Origin: Takakia lepidozioides
Lineage: Eukaryota > Plantae > Bryophyta
Length of the DNA stretch: 64,000 nucleotides
Reading direction: 5' to 3'
NCBI GenBank assembly: GCA_030704615.1
Contig: CM060734.1
Coordinates: 59,334,001-59,398,000, forward strand
A program made the translations under genes and the position numbers. Positions 36,136 through 50,300 of the stretch are shown here, one piece after another. Under the pieces are notes generated by a model. That model ran no database searches, was not told the DNA's origin, and saw only the letters and a program-made list of their open reading frames with translations. The first letter of the stretch is position 1. The number at the start of each line of letters is the position of its first letter.

Positions 36136-36388
36136 AAGACTACGTATGCAGATGGGCATCCAAGTACGACTATCTTATCAGCAATTTCTGAAGTAGCAAA
36201 ACAGAAGAGAACTACCCACCAGCATTCCACTCAGAACTTGAACCTGCTATTTACAAAGTCAACAGACCACATCAACCAGCAAACCACTCCTCACTTTTCA
36301 CTAACAACTGTAACAAGTGTAACTCAATAGCTCTAATAATAAGATAAAAGGGATGCGTTAATGGCCTCGTAGGCATGTCTACTGAAGT

Positions 36389-37307
36389 GCCACGTCAGAT
36401 TTGCCACATAGGCAAATCCTACTGTCCATGTGGCAGTATCACCTCCGTAACGTGACACACTGTAAAGTACCAAAATGACACGTAAGGTTTCCGATCCAAT
36501 AGTCTTTCGCCACCACTTCACACTCTAAAGTTCTCAATAAGTTCCCCATTGATTGGCTTTACAGTTCCCTTTCTGTTCCCTTTCATTACTTACCCTAAAC
36601 CCGACACACACCCACGCAAAGCGCACCCACAGATGTCGAGTAAGGAAAGACCAATCCGAACTTTGCCTTACTTACAGGTAAGGCAGCGCTTACAGCGACT
36701 GTACACTTACAGCAACCGGCATGTGTAGGTCGTGAGTACCGGGGAAAGCCGGTGGAAAGCTGCCGATGCTGTCACCGAGCCAGTCACCGACCAGCTAAAC
36801 TCTGCAACCTTGGATGCGGCTCCACGTCACAAGCCAGCAGATTCCAGCACGTAGACGCCACGCGGTGGCATCGTACGGCTCCTGGGCCCGCTAACTGTCA
36901 CGGCAGGTTCCCGGTCACCGAAAACCGGAGGCGACGGAAAGTTACCTTACTGGTAAGTACGAATACCTGCGCGTAGTAAGGTAAATAGTTACTGTCCGTG
37001 GGGATTACGGGCTTCTAGAAGAGTAAGTGACCGGCAACCGGCAGTCGGCCGAGCAATAAAAGGCTGGCCCAGCCTGGCCTGACCGGCTGGGCCCGCTCAC
37101 CGGCCACACCCGTATTGCAGGGGTTGCGGACAGTGGCAGTGCCCCAAGTGTCAAAGGAGTACTGGAGCAATGAACCTGGTCACTCGATTCGGCGCTACGT
37201 GGCATGCGCATACATTATGCAGATTGTTTGACAGTGGAGGTCGGACGGTGGGATGCGCTGGATAGCAGAGTCGATCCGGGGGGGGGGCACGTGGTGGCGC
37301 TATATAG
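36389..37307 (+). promoter_or_regulatory. ABRE/G-box cluster and TATA box upstream of the second dehydrin
   Basis: GCCACGT at 36389, ACGTGGC at 37197-37203 overlapping GCATGC, CACGTG at 37288-37293, TATATA at 37301. A 5' UTR intron probably ends at CAG 38051. Confidence 0.6.
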
Positions 37308-38100
37308 GAATAAGGGAAGAGGGAGAAGACATTGTACGCTTGTGTGGTGCACGCATCTGTCTGAACGTTTCTAGTCACTCATCTTCCTGTTCGTGAAGGC
37401 TTGTGTTTGAACTTCATCGGGATTCAGCTTCCCATTGCAGTGTGTTTCGGGGAGATTCTCAGCGCTGTCTAGCAACAGCATTCTGTGTTGGCTGCACGTA
37501 TTGGTGGGGGTTCTGAGGCTCCTCATTCCGTATTCATATCTGAAGAGTGAGATTTGCTCTCCCTTCTTTGTCATCTTTGGAAAGGCTTCGAATTTTTCGT
37601 TTTCGTGCTATGATCTGTCATTCGTTATCGGTGTTGAGTCTAGCACTGTACCACTGTCTTTGAGACAGTTTCTAGGAATTTCTGTCCATTCTCTTGTTCT
37701 TCCCCTTCTGTGTTTCTCTCTCCTCGGGCCTGAGTACCATCTTTGTTACATGGTCACTCTACTGCTACGTAGTTAATGTCCCCACTCTTGTGGGTGCCTG
37801 TCTGAGCTTTGCCAGCGGCCCATGAAGGCCTTATTGGCGAGGCCTCTCCCTTATAGAATTGCAAAAGTCGAAGCTTCAGTGATGGTTCCATTGTCTTGGA
37901 CCTAGAGTGGACCCGTGCATATATTCTTGTTCCCCTCTTTCTCGTGATACATATATATAAAGTTAGTGTTAACCTTGTCTGGCAAAAGCATTAGAGCTCG
38001 ATCTCTGTCGTCTGTATACGAATAATAAGAGTTTGAGGTTTTGTTGCCACAGGCTGCGACACCTGACGTAACCAGGTATCTAGCAAGCATTATACCTGAG

Positions 38101-39471
38101 ATGGCAGAGCAATTCGAACAGGGAAACTTCCCCGGAGAAAATCCAGGGGCGCAGACGAACCCCCCGGAATCTCAATATGGAGGTACTGGCCAAGACTCTA
38201 GCTACGGCCAGTCTCAGACAGGTTTCCAGGACGCTCAGGGTGGAGGTCCTGCTCAAGACTCTAGCTACGACCAGTCTACAGCAACTGACAAATCCTTTGA
38301 GGCACCACAGACGGGTTCTGGTGATGGCCAGCAGACATCTGTAGGTGGTGACGATGCTGAATTTTCTGAAGCTCCTACGGAGCTTGATCAAACTCCGGTC
38401 TCAGGTGGTCAAACTGGGGTGACGGATCCAACTGACGTGAACACTGGTGTTGGGCCCACGGGCACAGACACTGTCGCCCCACGTGATTTCTCATCATACA
38501 ATGCTCACCAGGATGAGTTTGGCCAGACCGAACCAGACAACACGCCCAGCTCAGACACTGGATATGGTGCAGATCAGTCGGAAGACCAGCCTCCTCACCA
38601 CACGCTTCACTCCGCTAATGAGCCTCTCCCAACCCCAACTGATTCCTCCTATGCCGGAGACAGTGGCTATGGTGCTTCAACCGATAATGGGACGGGAACA
38701 GGTGCGGAGGAGACTGGACCATCACCACCAGCTGGGGATTCTACTTACGGTAGTGATGCTGGCTTTCCAGCCGATTCCCAGCAGACAAACACTGGTGTTC
38801 CTAGTAATTCAACTGAAACACAGTCGTACGACCAGCCCCAGCAGACTCAATCAACTGGCACAGATTACCAACCCACTAACACCGACAGCGCTGGGGGATA
38901 TGAGCAAATTGGCACTGGGGCAGATTCTTACCAGCCGACTGAAACCCCTGCTCCCAATGGTACCAACTATGATACCCCTGCAGATACTTCGCCAGGAGCC
39001 ACAGACACAAGTAAGATTTCACATTCCATTCTACCTAATTACATGCTTCTGGAGTCTATTTTCAAATGTGCACATTCAAAGTGTCAGAATAATTTCATGC
39101 TCATTTCATGATGATCAAGTCTACTAGATCGGATTCGGGTGTAAGGTTCATAATGTTCTAAGTCCCCGTCACTGACACCCAGCAGCTTGTCAATTGAGAA
39201 TTCTAAACTCTTAATTAGAGATTTTCCTTCATTTGCTATTATAGTTGTACTAACAGAACAAAATCCTATATACTTGCTGCGTGTCTTTACAGATGAGGCG
39301 CCCCCCAAGAAGGAAGGGTTCCTCTCCAAGCTCAAGGACCATCTGCCTGGTCATCACTCCAAATCTTCACCAGATTCGGCAACGGTTGATGATACCAGTG
39401 CACCCCCGAAGAAGCTTGGTGTTATCTCCAAAATAAAAGACAAATTGTCACCCAGCAGCGACAATGAATAG
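38101..39471 (+). CDS. Acidic dehydrin-like LEA protein, 2 coding exons (38101-39010, 39293-39471), ~362 aa
   Basis: GT..AG intron 39011-39292 keeps the frame. C-terminal K-segments KKEGFLSKLKDHLPG and KKLGVISKIKDKLS; repeated DSSYG. Confidence 0.88.
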
Positions 39472-40879
39472 ATTGTTCCCATCTGCGTGCTAGCAGTGAT
39501 CATGTAAGACTACCTACAATTTACTGGACCAAAAAATTCGTGGTTACCTGGAGTGTATTTTGGGCTTTATAGTACCTTCCCAGAGTGAAATTATTTCAGT
39601 CTTCGAGTGAGTATCGAGTATCGGAGGTGTTGGGCTTAAGCAAGCGGCAGCCTATAGTCACTTTGTTTGGCAGAATGAAGCCTCCGGTGTGATGGAGCAG
39701 GTATTATGTAGAAAACAGAAATTGTGTCCAGAAATTAGATTTCGAAGCGTGTTGCCTGCGGCATTCTCTTGGGTTGTTCTATATACAACTCTACAGCTTT
39801 GTAAACATGTTGTACACTCTGTTATAAATGCAAAACAAGTGTATTATTTTATGTAAGATAGACTCTGCTTACTTTGCCCTGAGTCACACTTGCAAACATG
39901 AAGATGATGGAGAGCTTTGATTATTGTAGTTTAACAAAAGATATTGTTGAGACTGAAGATGGTGAAAAGCCTACATCAATGGCTCGTGCACTCAATGGCA
40001 ATTTCTGTCGACTACCAAACTGTCCCATAGTTGTGCTATGATTGTACGGTTGATTGCATCTGTGTAATCGTGGGAGAGGCCTTTTAAGTGTTTTGAGTAC
40101 CCATAAGCGTTGCATGATGGTCGTGCTTTGAAAGCATGTGATGTATAAGAAGTTGCACCAAATCGACGAAAATGTAATAATGGCACCGAAGACCACATAC
40201 AAGGGGGGAAAATGATTGGGAACAACAATTCATGAGTTCCTATGAGGTTTTTGCTTCTTCCCGTTCAAGTAGAAAGACTTGGATTGTACAGTCATTTCAT
40301 CATAAATTCATTACTATCCCACTAATCTGTTGCCACCACCATGTAATACGGCCTCGCTGATATCCACATGACGAAGACGTGAACAAGACTGCGGTACAAG
40401 CGAAATTCCATGTGAAAGGTCTCCAAGTCTTTTTCATACACAAGATGAGGCTTTCCCTAGGGAAGTATGGGCATCCTGTGATGGTAGAGGACGTATGCTG
40501 GATCAAGCGGGTAAGGCAGAGGCCCCTACGAGAAGTAAACTGTCGGTGAAAATCTGGTTGCGGATAAGGACGTTAAGGAGCAGCACGTTAAGGATTTCGG
40601 TGGTAGATTTTGCGGCTCTGCAGCCTCTAATTGGATGCAGACAGTAATGGGCTTGTACAAAATCAAACAGGCCACCGTGGAGCGATCATATTCTGCTTTT
40701 TAATCGTCTGGGAAACCCTTAACAACCATTACAGGATCCATGAAAGGTGAACAATGCAGCAGTCAAAATCGTGTGCGAGTTATCGGGCGGAGGATGCATC
40801 GCACTGCTCTCTCCCCAAATATTGTTGCCCCTTGTCACAGGTCTTGGCGGTGACCCTCTGAGAATCACAGCGAGGCAAC

Positions 40880-41350
40880 AGATCGGTCAGCATTTTTTGG
40901 CTGGTCAAGGTGAAAAATCCTGGGGAGCTACTTCAGCACAGTAGCAGCCCCAACATCCTTCTTTTCCTTTGGGTAGGCAATTGATGGTGGTTTACCACAC
41001 ATGCCTACCCAATTGCTTCACAGTCACTTCATGAGCTCCAAGGCTAGGGAGCCATGCAGGATGTCTGCGTGCAGTGGTGTCTTATTTCATTCCTGCTCGG
41101 GATGGTCTGGCATTGATACCTGAGAAATCACTTGATAATCTTTTTGTGGGGCGATAGATAGGTCATTACATTTTGGCTAGTCAAAGTGAAAAATCCTGGG
41201 GAGCTACTTCAGCACAGTAGCAAGCCCAACATCCGTTTTTTCCTTTGGGTTGGCGGTTGATGGTGGTTTTACCATATATTCCTACCCAAATGCTTCACAG
41301 TTACTTCATGAGTTCCGAGGCTAGGGAGCCATGCAGGATGTCTGTGTGGC
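40880..41350. repeat. Local ~190-bp imperfect duplication
   Basis: cattttggct.gtcaa.gtgaaaaatcctggggagctacttcagcacagtagc...ggctagggagccatgcaggatgtctg at ~40890 and ~41170. Confidence 0.85.
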
Positions 41351-41449
41351 GAACATCTCTTATCTTTGGAGTGGCCATATCTTCGGACTACCAGGTGGTT
41401 CTGAAGGTTGATAACCAAAGATTTGTTCTTCTCTGGTAGTATAGGTTGT

Positions 41450-43620
41450 TGATCATGTCGTCTTTGGGCAGATGTGATGTGTGCAGGTTTGACCACATTC
41501 GGCACTGAGGCAGTGATGGTATATGCAGACACATGTAATGTCCCACCTTGCTGAAACGTAATCTGAATTGAAAGGGTAATATTCCAGTGGATTTTTACAA
41601 CTGGATAGAGACCTGGGCCTCGGAGATCTGGGGAAGGAGCTGGATCCCTCCTGAAGATCAGAAGATTGATTTTATGAGCACAGGGAATAATTGTAAAGGA
41701 GACTGTTTCGGATGCAATTGTGAGCACACATGCATAGGGGCGAGATAAGACAGAGGAGGAGGTTGATGGGTTGGCTTTTACCTAGTCACTAGACGTGTAG
41801 GGAGATACAGGAGAAAAGAGGCATATACATTCTGGGCAAGTTTCTGGGCAGATAATTAAGAACTACTCCATTTCCACATCACAATGGACAAAAGCAAGCC
41901 ACGCACGCACACCCCCCATGATGAAAATTCGAGGGAGAGCAAATATAATATTTGGAATAGGAGGAGCAGCTCAGAGGTGGTGTGCCAAAGCTCATGCAAT
42001 GGAATAGAAGGCTGAGACCAAGGAAAGGATGCCGGACAAGTGAACAAGGACAGGGAAGAGCCTGTCTCTCTCTATCCTCACACCTCTTTCTCTGAAATGC
42101 TTGGTAGCTTACCTGCACGAGGCATTCACCCTTAGACAATCACTCGAACAATAGTTCTTATCTCTATCTCTGGTTTCCTGTTTTCATGTTTTCTCTCCAT
42201 TCTGTCCCATAAGCTCTATGAGCTTTCCGCGGACGTTATAAAGCACCATTTCATTTCATTTCATTTCTGATATGTGACTAGTTTTCTTCGGCAAGGCCAG
42301 GAACACAAGGGTGGAGTGATGCAACCTTAGTGACCTGGGTAACCTCTTAAAGGCATGTCAAATTACAGTATCACAGCAGGAAAGGAAGCAAGCGCTGAGA
42401 GAGGAATGTCAGGATACTGACATATCCACCTTTGATTCCCTTGACGTTCACATTGTACACAGCACACATTGGTGCACCTTCCCAAAAGGCGAATTGAATT
42501 AGGAGACAAAAGCAAAGCAGAGTCCTCGGCATCATATCTTCTTCAACTACTGCATCGCTTTCTCAGGGAAGGACCTCCTGTGTATGCTCGTACTTGACTC
42601 AAGGGGAGGAAAGTCTGTGGATTGGCAATTGGGTTATTACTGTAGTATTGGATTTTCCCTGTAACGCCTCCTGCCAGTTCATCAGTTCGTAGCTCCTGCT
42701 GTAGGGTGGGAAGGGGTGTGGTTGACAGAAAAGCCATATGCATTAGTGCTCCATCAGCCTGTTTTTTCAGCCACGATGGATAATTCTTGGCAGTCGTCAT
42801 TGTACAAATCTCGGCAGGAGATTGTGATGCGGATGTAAGCAGGGAATATTCTACCCCTAGCTTGGTGGAATGGTTAGGGCAGATAGTGATACTAGTTGTT
42901 TTGGATCTCTGGTCCTGCAACCAATGAAGGGATAAAACATTGAACAGGTTTCAGTTTTTGCTAGTGAAGGAAATAGAAACGACCTGATAGATCATTGGGA
43001 TATTGGAAAAACATCATGGGCAGCAGTGATGGTTTCTATCGAGGCTGGTTTGGGATTCCAAACCCTAATGTCTCCATGCTACTGCGTTCATTTGCTGGCT
43101 ATATAAATTGGGAGTACAGAGTGTGTTTTGTGGTGGTCATAGGGATGGCCTATGATTTGGTTGTTGAGAGGCATTCATGTTTTGATTTCCTGTCTGTTCA
43201 GAATGGATACTCTACAGAATACCTTGGTGGGTGGGGTGGAGGAGTATCTCAAAGCTGCATGGTGCTTTGAAGAAAACTTTTTTGAGACCACCACCGACCA
43301 GGTCAGCCATGAGAAGAGCCCCTGCCAAATGGCTGTTTGGTTTGGCAATAACAGTTGAGAAAACATGATACTGGCAAGGTTGGAAGAAATGTTTATGGCA
43401 AAGTGTTGATCCAGGAGCCTGGAGGTCTAGAGTCTGTGGGGGATATTAAAGGGAGGCCTAGGCTACATGTATATAAAATCACCTCTTGTGGAAATTGTTT
43501 GTGGCAACAAATCTTAAGAGTACACCAAGGCATAATATTGAATTTAACAATGGGCCAATAGTTACAACCACTGGTCAGTGGTTTATGCAATAGTTTGGGA
43601 CATGAGTAGTAAAAGGGCCA
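41450..43620 (-). mobile_element. Possible highly decayed LINE ORF2 remnant
   Basis: Broken Trp/Pro/Leu-rich frames and a CP..C...ET....C (zf-RVT-like) trace near 41740-41680. No clear RT motifs. Confidence 0.3.
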
Positions 43621-43900
43621 GTAGTAAAATTCCATTTTCCTTCTAGTGACTAGTCTCTAGTTAGCATTGTTACAATCTACATTGTTAACGATTACGCTTC
43701 TTCGAAGTATCCGTCACGGTTGGCGGGTTTGGGCCTTATGGCAGTCAATGGCCTTTAAGGGTTTTAATTTTTTTCCTTTCAATAATCTTAATAAGGATGT
43801 GAGGCAAGATTCCCGGGCCGGGGATTTGCCTTTAGTCCGGGAATTACCAACAAGAGGGTTGTAGCACAGTAGGAAGGGCCTTGCTAGATAGGAAGGAATC

Positions 43901-46354
43901 TGTCACGACGATCACGCTTACTATATACATTCATCCGAACACTCATCACACTACAAGTTTGAACACCAATGCACCGTACACCACTTGAGATCAAATCCAC
44001 CACCCCATTTGCCTGTGATCATAGGCTTAAATAGTATTAGAAACGAAATCTGAGCTAGATGGGCTCTTTATATTGGTCATCCAGATGTCGTCCTAGCAGG
44101 ACCACTCAACGATGTCAGCTCATCTATCTTAATCCTAAATTAGTTGTTAACTAGAGACAACCCTAACTTAATGTGACCCTGCCGCGCCAGCTTAGTCTAA
44201 CGAAACGGTCTACCCCAGCCATATCCGATTTCCATCCATCCAAGTGAGTAGTGGCGGTTCATCCATACTCTATTCATCCAAGCCAAAAAAGTAAGTGGTA
44301 AGAATCCCAGCTTCACATATGTGAGGCATGTTGGCCCAGTAAACATGCGAGCTAATGAAGCAACAAGGAGGGAACTATAACAAAGCTAACAAAACTAGAC
44401 ATCCGCTAGTGCAAGAGATGAAAAACCAAGAGAACAAATTAACTGTGCCCTACAAGGTGGACGGAGGGAAAAAGATCAACTTAGAAAAACCCCACGCACT
44501 GTACATGGTGATATCAAGACTAAAGCGAAAGAAATAAAAATGTTGCTAACTAAGGCTCAGAATCGGCAGCCTGCGCACGAGAAATAGCAGCTCTGGAAGG
44601 TGTATAGATCATTTGTCTGTTCTCAACGTTAAGACATGTCAAATCAAATGTGAGAGTACAGGGGACCAACAATGAAACATGAACTAAGCTAGCAAGATTT
44701 GAAGTAGATGCGTGTTGAGGAATAAGAACATATTGCCTACCAGGTAAGATCTCACTGATAAGATAGGTCCCATCAATCCTTCTCTTAGCCTTAGAAATCT
44801 GTTTACCAGCCTGAAAACGCACACATACAGATTGCCCAACTTTGAAAGATTTAGAATACACTATCTTGTGATTGTAATGCTTAGCCTGGGAAGCTCGAGC
44901 AAAACAAATGTTAGACGTAGCAGTTTCACGTAACTGTCGCCTCTTGGCATCCATGGAGAGTAAGAATTTCTCTCAGTTTTCAAGCTCAGTGGCAAAAACT
45001 TGAAGTCAGGAAATATATTTGCATATATGCAAAGGGCTACGACATTTTCGACCATACAATAATTCAAATGGAGAGATCTTGGTACTAGCATGAATGGAAG
45101 TACGATATGCAAACAACAAAATAGGAAGGGTAATGTCCCACTCATCGATCAGGGTCCCATTTTTCTCCAGCATCATACACATGGTTTGATTAAAGCGCGC
45201 GATCAAGCCATTGCATTGGGGGTTGTATGGAGCAGTCACAACATGCTTAGTATTCAGATTGAACAAAACAATCTCCATGATTGCATAATTCAATACCTTG
45301 ATCCGTGAGGATCTCGAGAGGGCACCCATGGCGGAGAATCATTTTATCAAAGAAGAATTGTACGACTTCATCACTGTTCTTAGCAACCAATGGTCGGAGC
45401 TCAACCCATTTCGTTAGGTAATCCTTAGCAACAACAATGTGTACATGGCCCTTGGACGTGGGTTTAAGGGGTCCAACTAGATCTAGGCCAACCCTCGCAA
45501 AAGGCTCTGTGACAGGGATTGGCTATAAAAGCAATGGAGCTTCGGTTCTAGGCAGTATGGTTTTGGCATGACAGGGAATGCATCTTGCAATAAAAGCTGA
45601 GACATCCTTGACTAAACCTTTCCAATGGTATTGTTCTTGAAGACGCTTGACTGTCTTAGTAACCCCCAAATGACCAGCATAAGTAGATGCATGATACAGC
45701 TCAAGCAATGCGGGAACAGCGGACCTAGGAGGGACTTCCACAACAGATTGGCCTTCCAAAACATCAACTTTGAACAAACGCCCTTCATTTTCCCGCATCC
45801 AGCCCTTTAACAGATTGCAGTTTAAATCCCAACACACGAATAACACTAAGTGGGATGGCAGACATAGTGCAGCCTTTGTCAATAATGCAGGAAAATGACA
45901 GATGACCTACATGACGTTGCGTCATCAAAGGGTGAACACGGAGCTTGTTGGGCCTGTGAAGCGATTCGCAATGCAATAGCTTAAAGTCTTGAGAAAGTAC
46001 TGCACTTACCACAGATTTAGGGCTGGGGAGACGATCGCATGGCACCCTCACAGACGACCTCCGTCGTTTAAACCCTTTTTCTCTTTAAGCTGATCAATCA
46101 TGGCTGGTAAATCGGACTGATATGGGCACTAGTCAGCGAGTATAGTGTCCAGTAGATTTGCAAATCGTGCTGGCAGGTAAGGAAACCTTATTCACATACC
46201 TTGAGCCAGTTTGCGGTCTGCCCCGGAAGCCTATCTTTAGTGTCACGCAAAATTTCCTTGCAGTACAACTTAATCTGGAGGAGCATCCCAGCGGACCCAA
46301 TGCGTCAAATTCTCTCCGTGCAGAATGGCAGGGTTTTCGGTGGTCAGCGTGACA
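43901..46354 (-). mobile_element. Ginger/GingerRoot-like integrase-only element
   Basis: Ends TGTCACGACGATCA / (revcomp) TGTCACGCTGACCA, 11/14 match; 4-bp flanks AATC/AGTC. Contains a gypsy-type integrase but no RT, gag or LTR pair. Confidence 0.55.
44550..45882 (-). pseudogene. Gypsy-type DDE integrase, frameshifted
   Basis: LYHASTYAGHLG...CIPC; FARVGLDLVGP; DYLTKWVE; ILTDQG; APYNPQCNGL; FAYRTSIHASTKISPFELLYGR; FKVGQSV. Confidence 0.9.
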
Positions 46355-47328
46355 AGTCCTCGAGGTCGGTGGTTGGGTCATCACACATGGCGTTTGTGGT
46401 TTATACTCGGGACTGTTTTTGTCGCCGTCGAAGTGCATGGAACAGTGATATCAGAGAATCCTTCCTCTCTCCTGCACATGAATAATACCCGATAACTTAT
46501 ATGCAAATCCACGCGAGACTGTGGGACCACATGGCAGGGATCGAGAAAAGGAAGTCCACACTTGTCATCGTCCTTATCATCTGCTTCGTGCCAGGGTGGT
46601 AGCACGTTGAATTTGGAACACTTTGTACAAGACGAATGCGGGAGAATTGAACAAGAGCATCTTGGAAGTGGGTTTGAAAAGCTGAAGCTGTATTTTGGAC
46701 TTTGTGTTTGGTGAATGATGAGCGATAACGCGGCAAAACTGTAAGCAGCCCCTCTTTGTGAGATAATATAGATAGACAGGTTTGACTTGACGGATGCGTA
46801 TCAGCTGCCACTGAGGCCAATTGATATCGGAGTCTAGAAACTCTGAATTCGTCTGGCATATTAAAGGTATAAGATCTTACTCGGTGAAACCGAGGCGATT
46901 GTGGTGAACTTCAGTCTTGATGAAGACGACATTTGCTTGCATTTATAATTTTTTCACGTTCTTGTGGAGGAAAACAGGTTGGGTTCGCAAAAAGAGGTGA
47001 AGCCCTAGTGTGTGTAAGAGTAACATTGAAGGTGATGGTTGAATTCCAGCAAGTTTTAAGGCAATGATCAAACTGGGAGCATGAGGAGTCTCAAGATCAG
47101 GCACCGATTCCGCGGGCATGGTACATCGAGTTGTGGCATTCTCTGCAGCTATCAACAGGTTGAGTTAGAGATGAATGTGCGCTAGTGAAAGATTGACATC
47201 CCGTTCCCAATCGTTCTTCTCATTTTGTAATCTGGTACCTAGTTAGCCCTTTGTTCCATCGTCGACAGAGTTGTGCCATAAGAAGCCAAGAAATGCGGCC
47301 CCGCTTGCCTTGGTAGGCCATTGAGAAC

Positions 47329-50300
47329 ATGGCGGAAAATGTCTTTACTTTATGCAAAGAGACTATAGATTTAGCCCAGTACCTCGTGGCAACTGAGAAA
47401 GATTTGCAGATCAACAAGCAGCAGTGTAAGCTTCTGGCAAAGAAGCTCTCAGGAACCCACGAAACATTAGACACGATCCGAGAAATCTTATTTGAAGAAG
47501 CGTGCCGCGGGCAATTTCGTGGTGCAAAACACTGGGAGCTGGTCATCAAGGAGCTCTATCGTGTACTGAAGGCTGCCGAGGCACTGATCAAGGATTGTTG
47601 CTGTAATAATCGGTGGCTGAAGGTAGCGATCAGGCAAGGCGACAAGAAGCAAGATTTTGCGGAATTGCTCTATGACGTAGATTGGTGCACTTCTGTTCTG
47701 TGTAGCAGTTTTCTCCAGCCAACCAGTCAAGAGACAGGCTACTTTGACGCAGGAGCATGCGAGGGTAACCTCGGTATCACAGAGTATTATGCTCTGGAGG
47801 CAGCAGCAAAGGATGACCAAGACAGCCTCAAGGCCTCTCTAAAGCACTTGAAGGGCGATCATGTTTGCATGGAGGGCTGCAAGCACCTCAACCAAACTGA
47901 GCAGTGCCTTGCAGCGCAGCTGTTGGGGAGATTGCAAGCCCCAGTCTTGCCAATTAATAGCAGCGAAATTGGTACCTCGCCGCTCATTTTGTGGGCGAAT
48001 CCTGGAGAGCTCACTGATGGAATTAAGTTAGGAGAAGGTTCGACGGTGAAGGTGTATGAAACTATGTGGGGAGGAGAAAAGTACGCAAAGAAAAAAAGCT
48101 CGGATAGCTCTTTGTTCAAGCAAGAGGTGGCTACTCTGGCAGGGCTTGATCATCCCCACATTATGCGGCTAGTTTGCTGCTCTCAAAGCAAGCGAGACAT
48201 CCTCCTGATGGAATTGATGGCCACGGACCTCCATGCCCTCTTGCACGCCAGACCCCGCCCGTTTCCGAATCTTGAAGCCGTTGACCTCATGCTGCAAATC
48301 GCTGAGGGGATAAAATATTTGCACGCCAGAAGCATCGCCCACCGTAATATAAAATCTTTGAACATTCTTGTCAGATGTGCAAATCTTCCAGCTTGTCTAG
48401 GAGAAGACGCCCGCGTGTTCGCGAAGATAGGTGGATTTGGCTTGTCGAGAGTCACACATTCGAAAACTAGATACTCAGCGCAAACACACTATATAGGTAC
48501 CAGACAGTGGATGGCACCGGAGGTTTTCAGTATGGAGGATAACGAAGATCTTCCTACCAGGTTGCAACCTCTGAAAGCAGATGTTTACAGTTTTGCGATT
48601 GTCTGTGCCGAGATATTGACAGGAGAGGAGCCATTTGGGGGGAATACATATGGGCTTGGGAGGAGGGTGAGGAGGGGGGAGAGGCCAAAGTTGTCGGAGA
48701 GTTGCCCAAACAGGTTGGCTTACTTGATTAAAAAATGTTGGGATGGTGACCACCTCCGGAGACCAGATTTCTCAGAGATTTGCAGAGAGCTAAGATATAT
48801 CAAAGGCCTCCTTCTGAAAGGTTAGTGACGCCCATGTTGTGAACATTGCTTTCAGCACCAGATATGATACTACGCAAGCTTTCTTGATGGACAGTTCCGT
48901 CACAATAGAGTCCCGAGATGATAACATCAGTGAAAATAGTAAGGGAATCTGTGAAACACAAAACAATCCTCTCGACCTCATCTTCTTCAACATACGATTT
49001 TACATTAGTTGTGACTCACAGAAATGCAATTCGAGGAAGAGATTATTGTGGAATTTGAAGGCTTTGATAATTGTTCATGAGAACCTTATCACTTCTAGGT
49101 CAAAATCTTTGCACGAGGTAACCTCTTCCTTCCGCCATGCTCTAGAAGTGATGGAATGATCAACCTTAAAGGAGTGACAATCGAGACCTTGATTGTCTAT
49201 CGTGAACATAGGGCTATTGATTAAATTGCTAAAGTGAGTCGCCCCTCTGATACAAATTCTGGATTCTACAGATGATGAAGTGCAGCTGGAGAAACTGGAT
49301 GCAGATGCTTTTCAAAACAAAGCAATTCAAGTAGGTGAAGACTATGTACATTCATTTCCTTTTTCGGACTCCCCACATAGAAGCATAGACAGCAGACGGG
49401 AGTTATATTCATGGAACTTTGTCTTGAGTATATTTGCATTGTGCACTTAAGATAAATGGCCAGATAAAATGGCCAGGTTAGAAGATATGTCTGGAATTTT
49501 TCTGATGCATTTCAATTGCATTTTCAGTTTTCCCACTTGCTGCACCTTCTCAACTTCATCATTGTTCCCGCTTTTGTTGTGCATATGTATCATCATATCA
49601 CTGAGTTCTGTATATGTGTTTATTAACCTCCCTCCTTGCGTATAGTGCCTCTGCACCCAAGGAAAATCTGGATATCTTCAATCTAGATCAAATTTGAAGA
49701 AAAGTTATGGATTGGTACAACTGTGTTGTATGCACTTTACCTCTGCGTTTTACAATTCGATAGAATCATTATCACAATGGAAATGTTTCGAGGATATCAA
49801 ACAGAAATTTCTATGCACCAAACCCCCCAAAAGAAAAACACACAAGCTTTGAAGTATAACATTGATATCTGGGTTCTGGCGTTGTGTGTTGTATATCATC
49901 AGGTACAAGGACCTTGGGGAGGTATAGGTGGAAGTCCTTTCTTTGATGGTATCACTACATCCATCAGAGGGTTTCAGCTCAAATTTGACAAGCCCCCACA
50001 GGCTCCCTGCATATGGTATCTTGAGGTGCAGTATGAGGTCAATGGAGTATCGTTCCAGTCATATCATGGTCTATCCAACTATGGGGCAAAATCTACTGAG
50101 GTTTGACTTTAACTCCTCCCTTCAATTTTCTAACAAGGTGTCTAACAAGCATGCTAAGCTACCATTCACCTTCCTCATTGACAAAAACCAACTGCCTTAT
50201 GTGACATTGTTCAGTTCCATCTCATTTTTCAACTCTCATCTGGTTTTGGAAGTTATTGCTTATTACTGTGTTTATTAATTCATTCTCTTTTCTTTATTAT

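Noticed and set aside
46241-46354. 114-bp TGTCACGC...GCGTGACA segment as an LTR
   Set aside because: No matching direct repeat at 43901 or elsewhere in the window.
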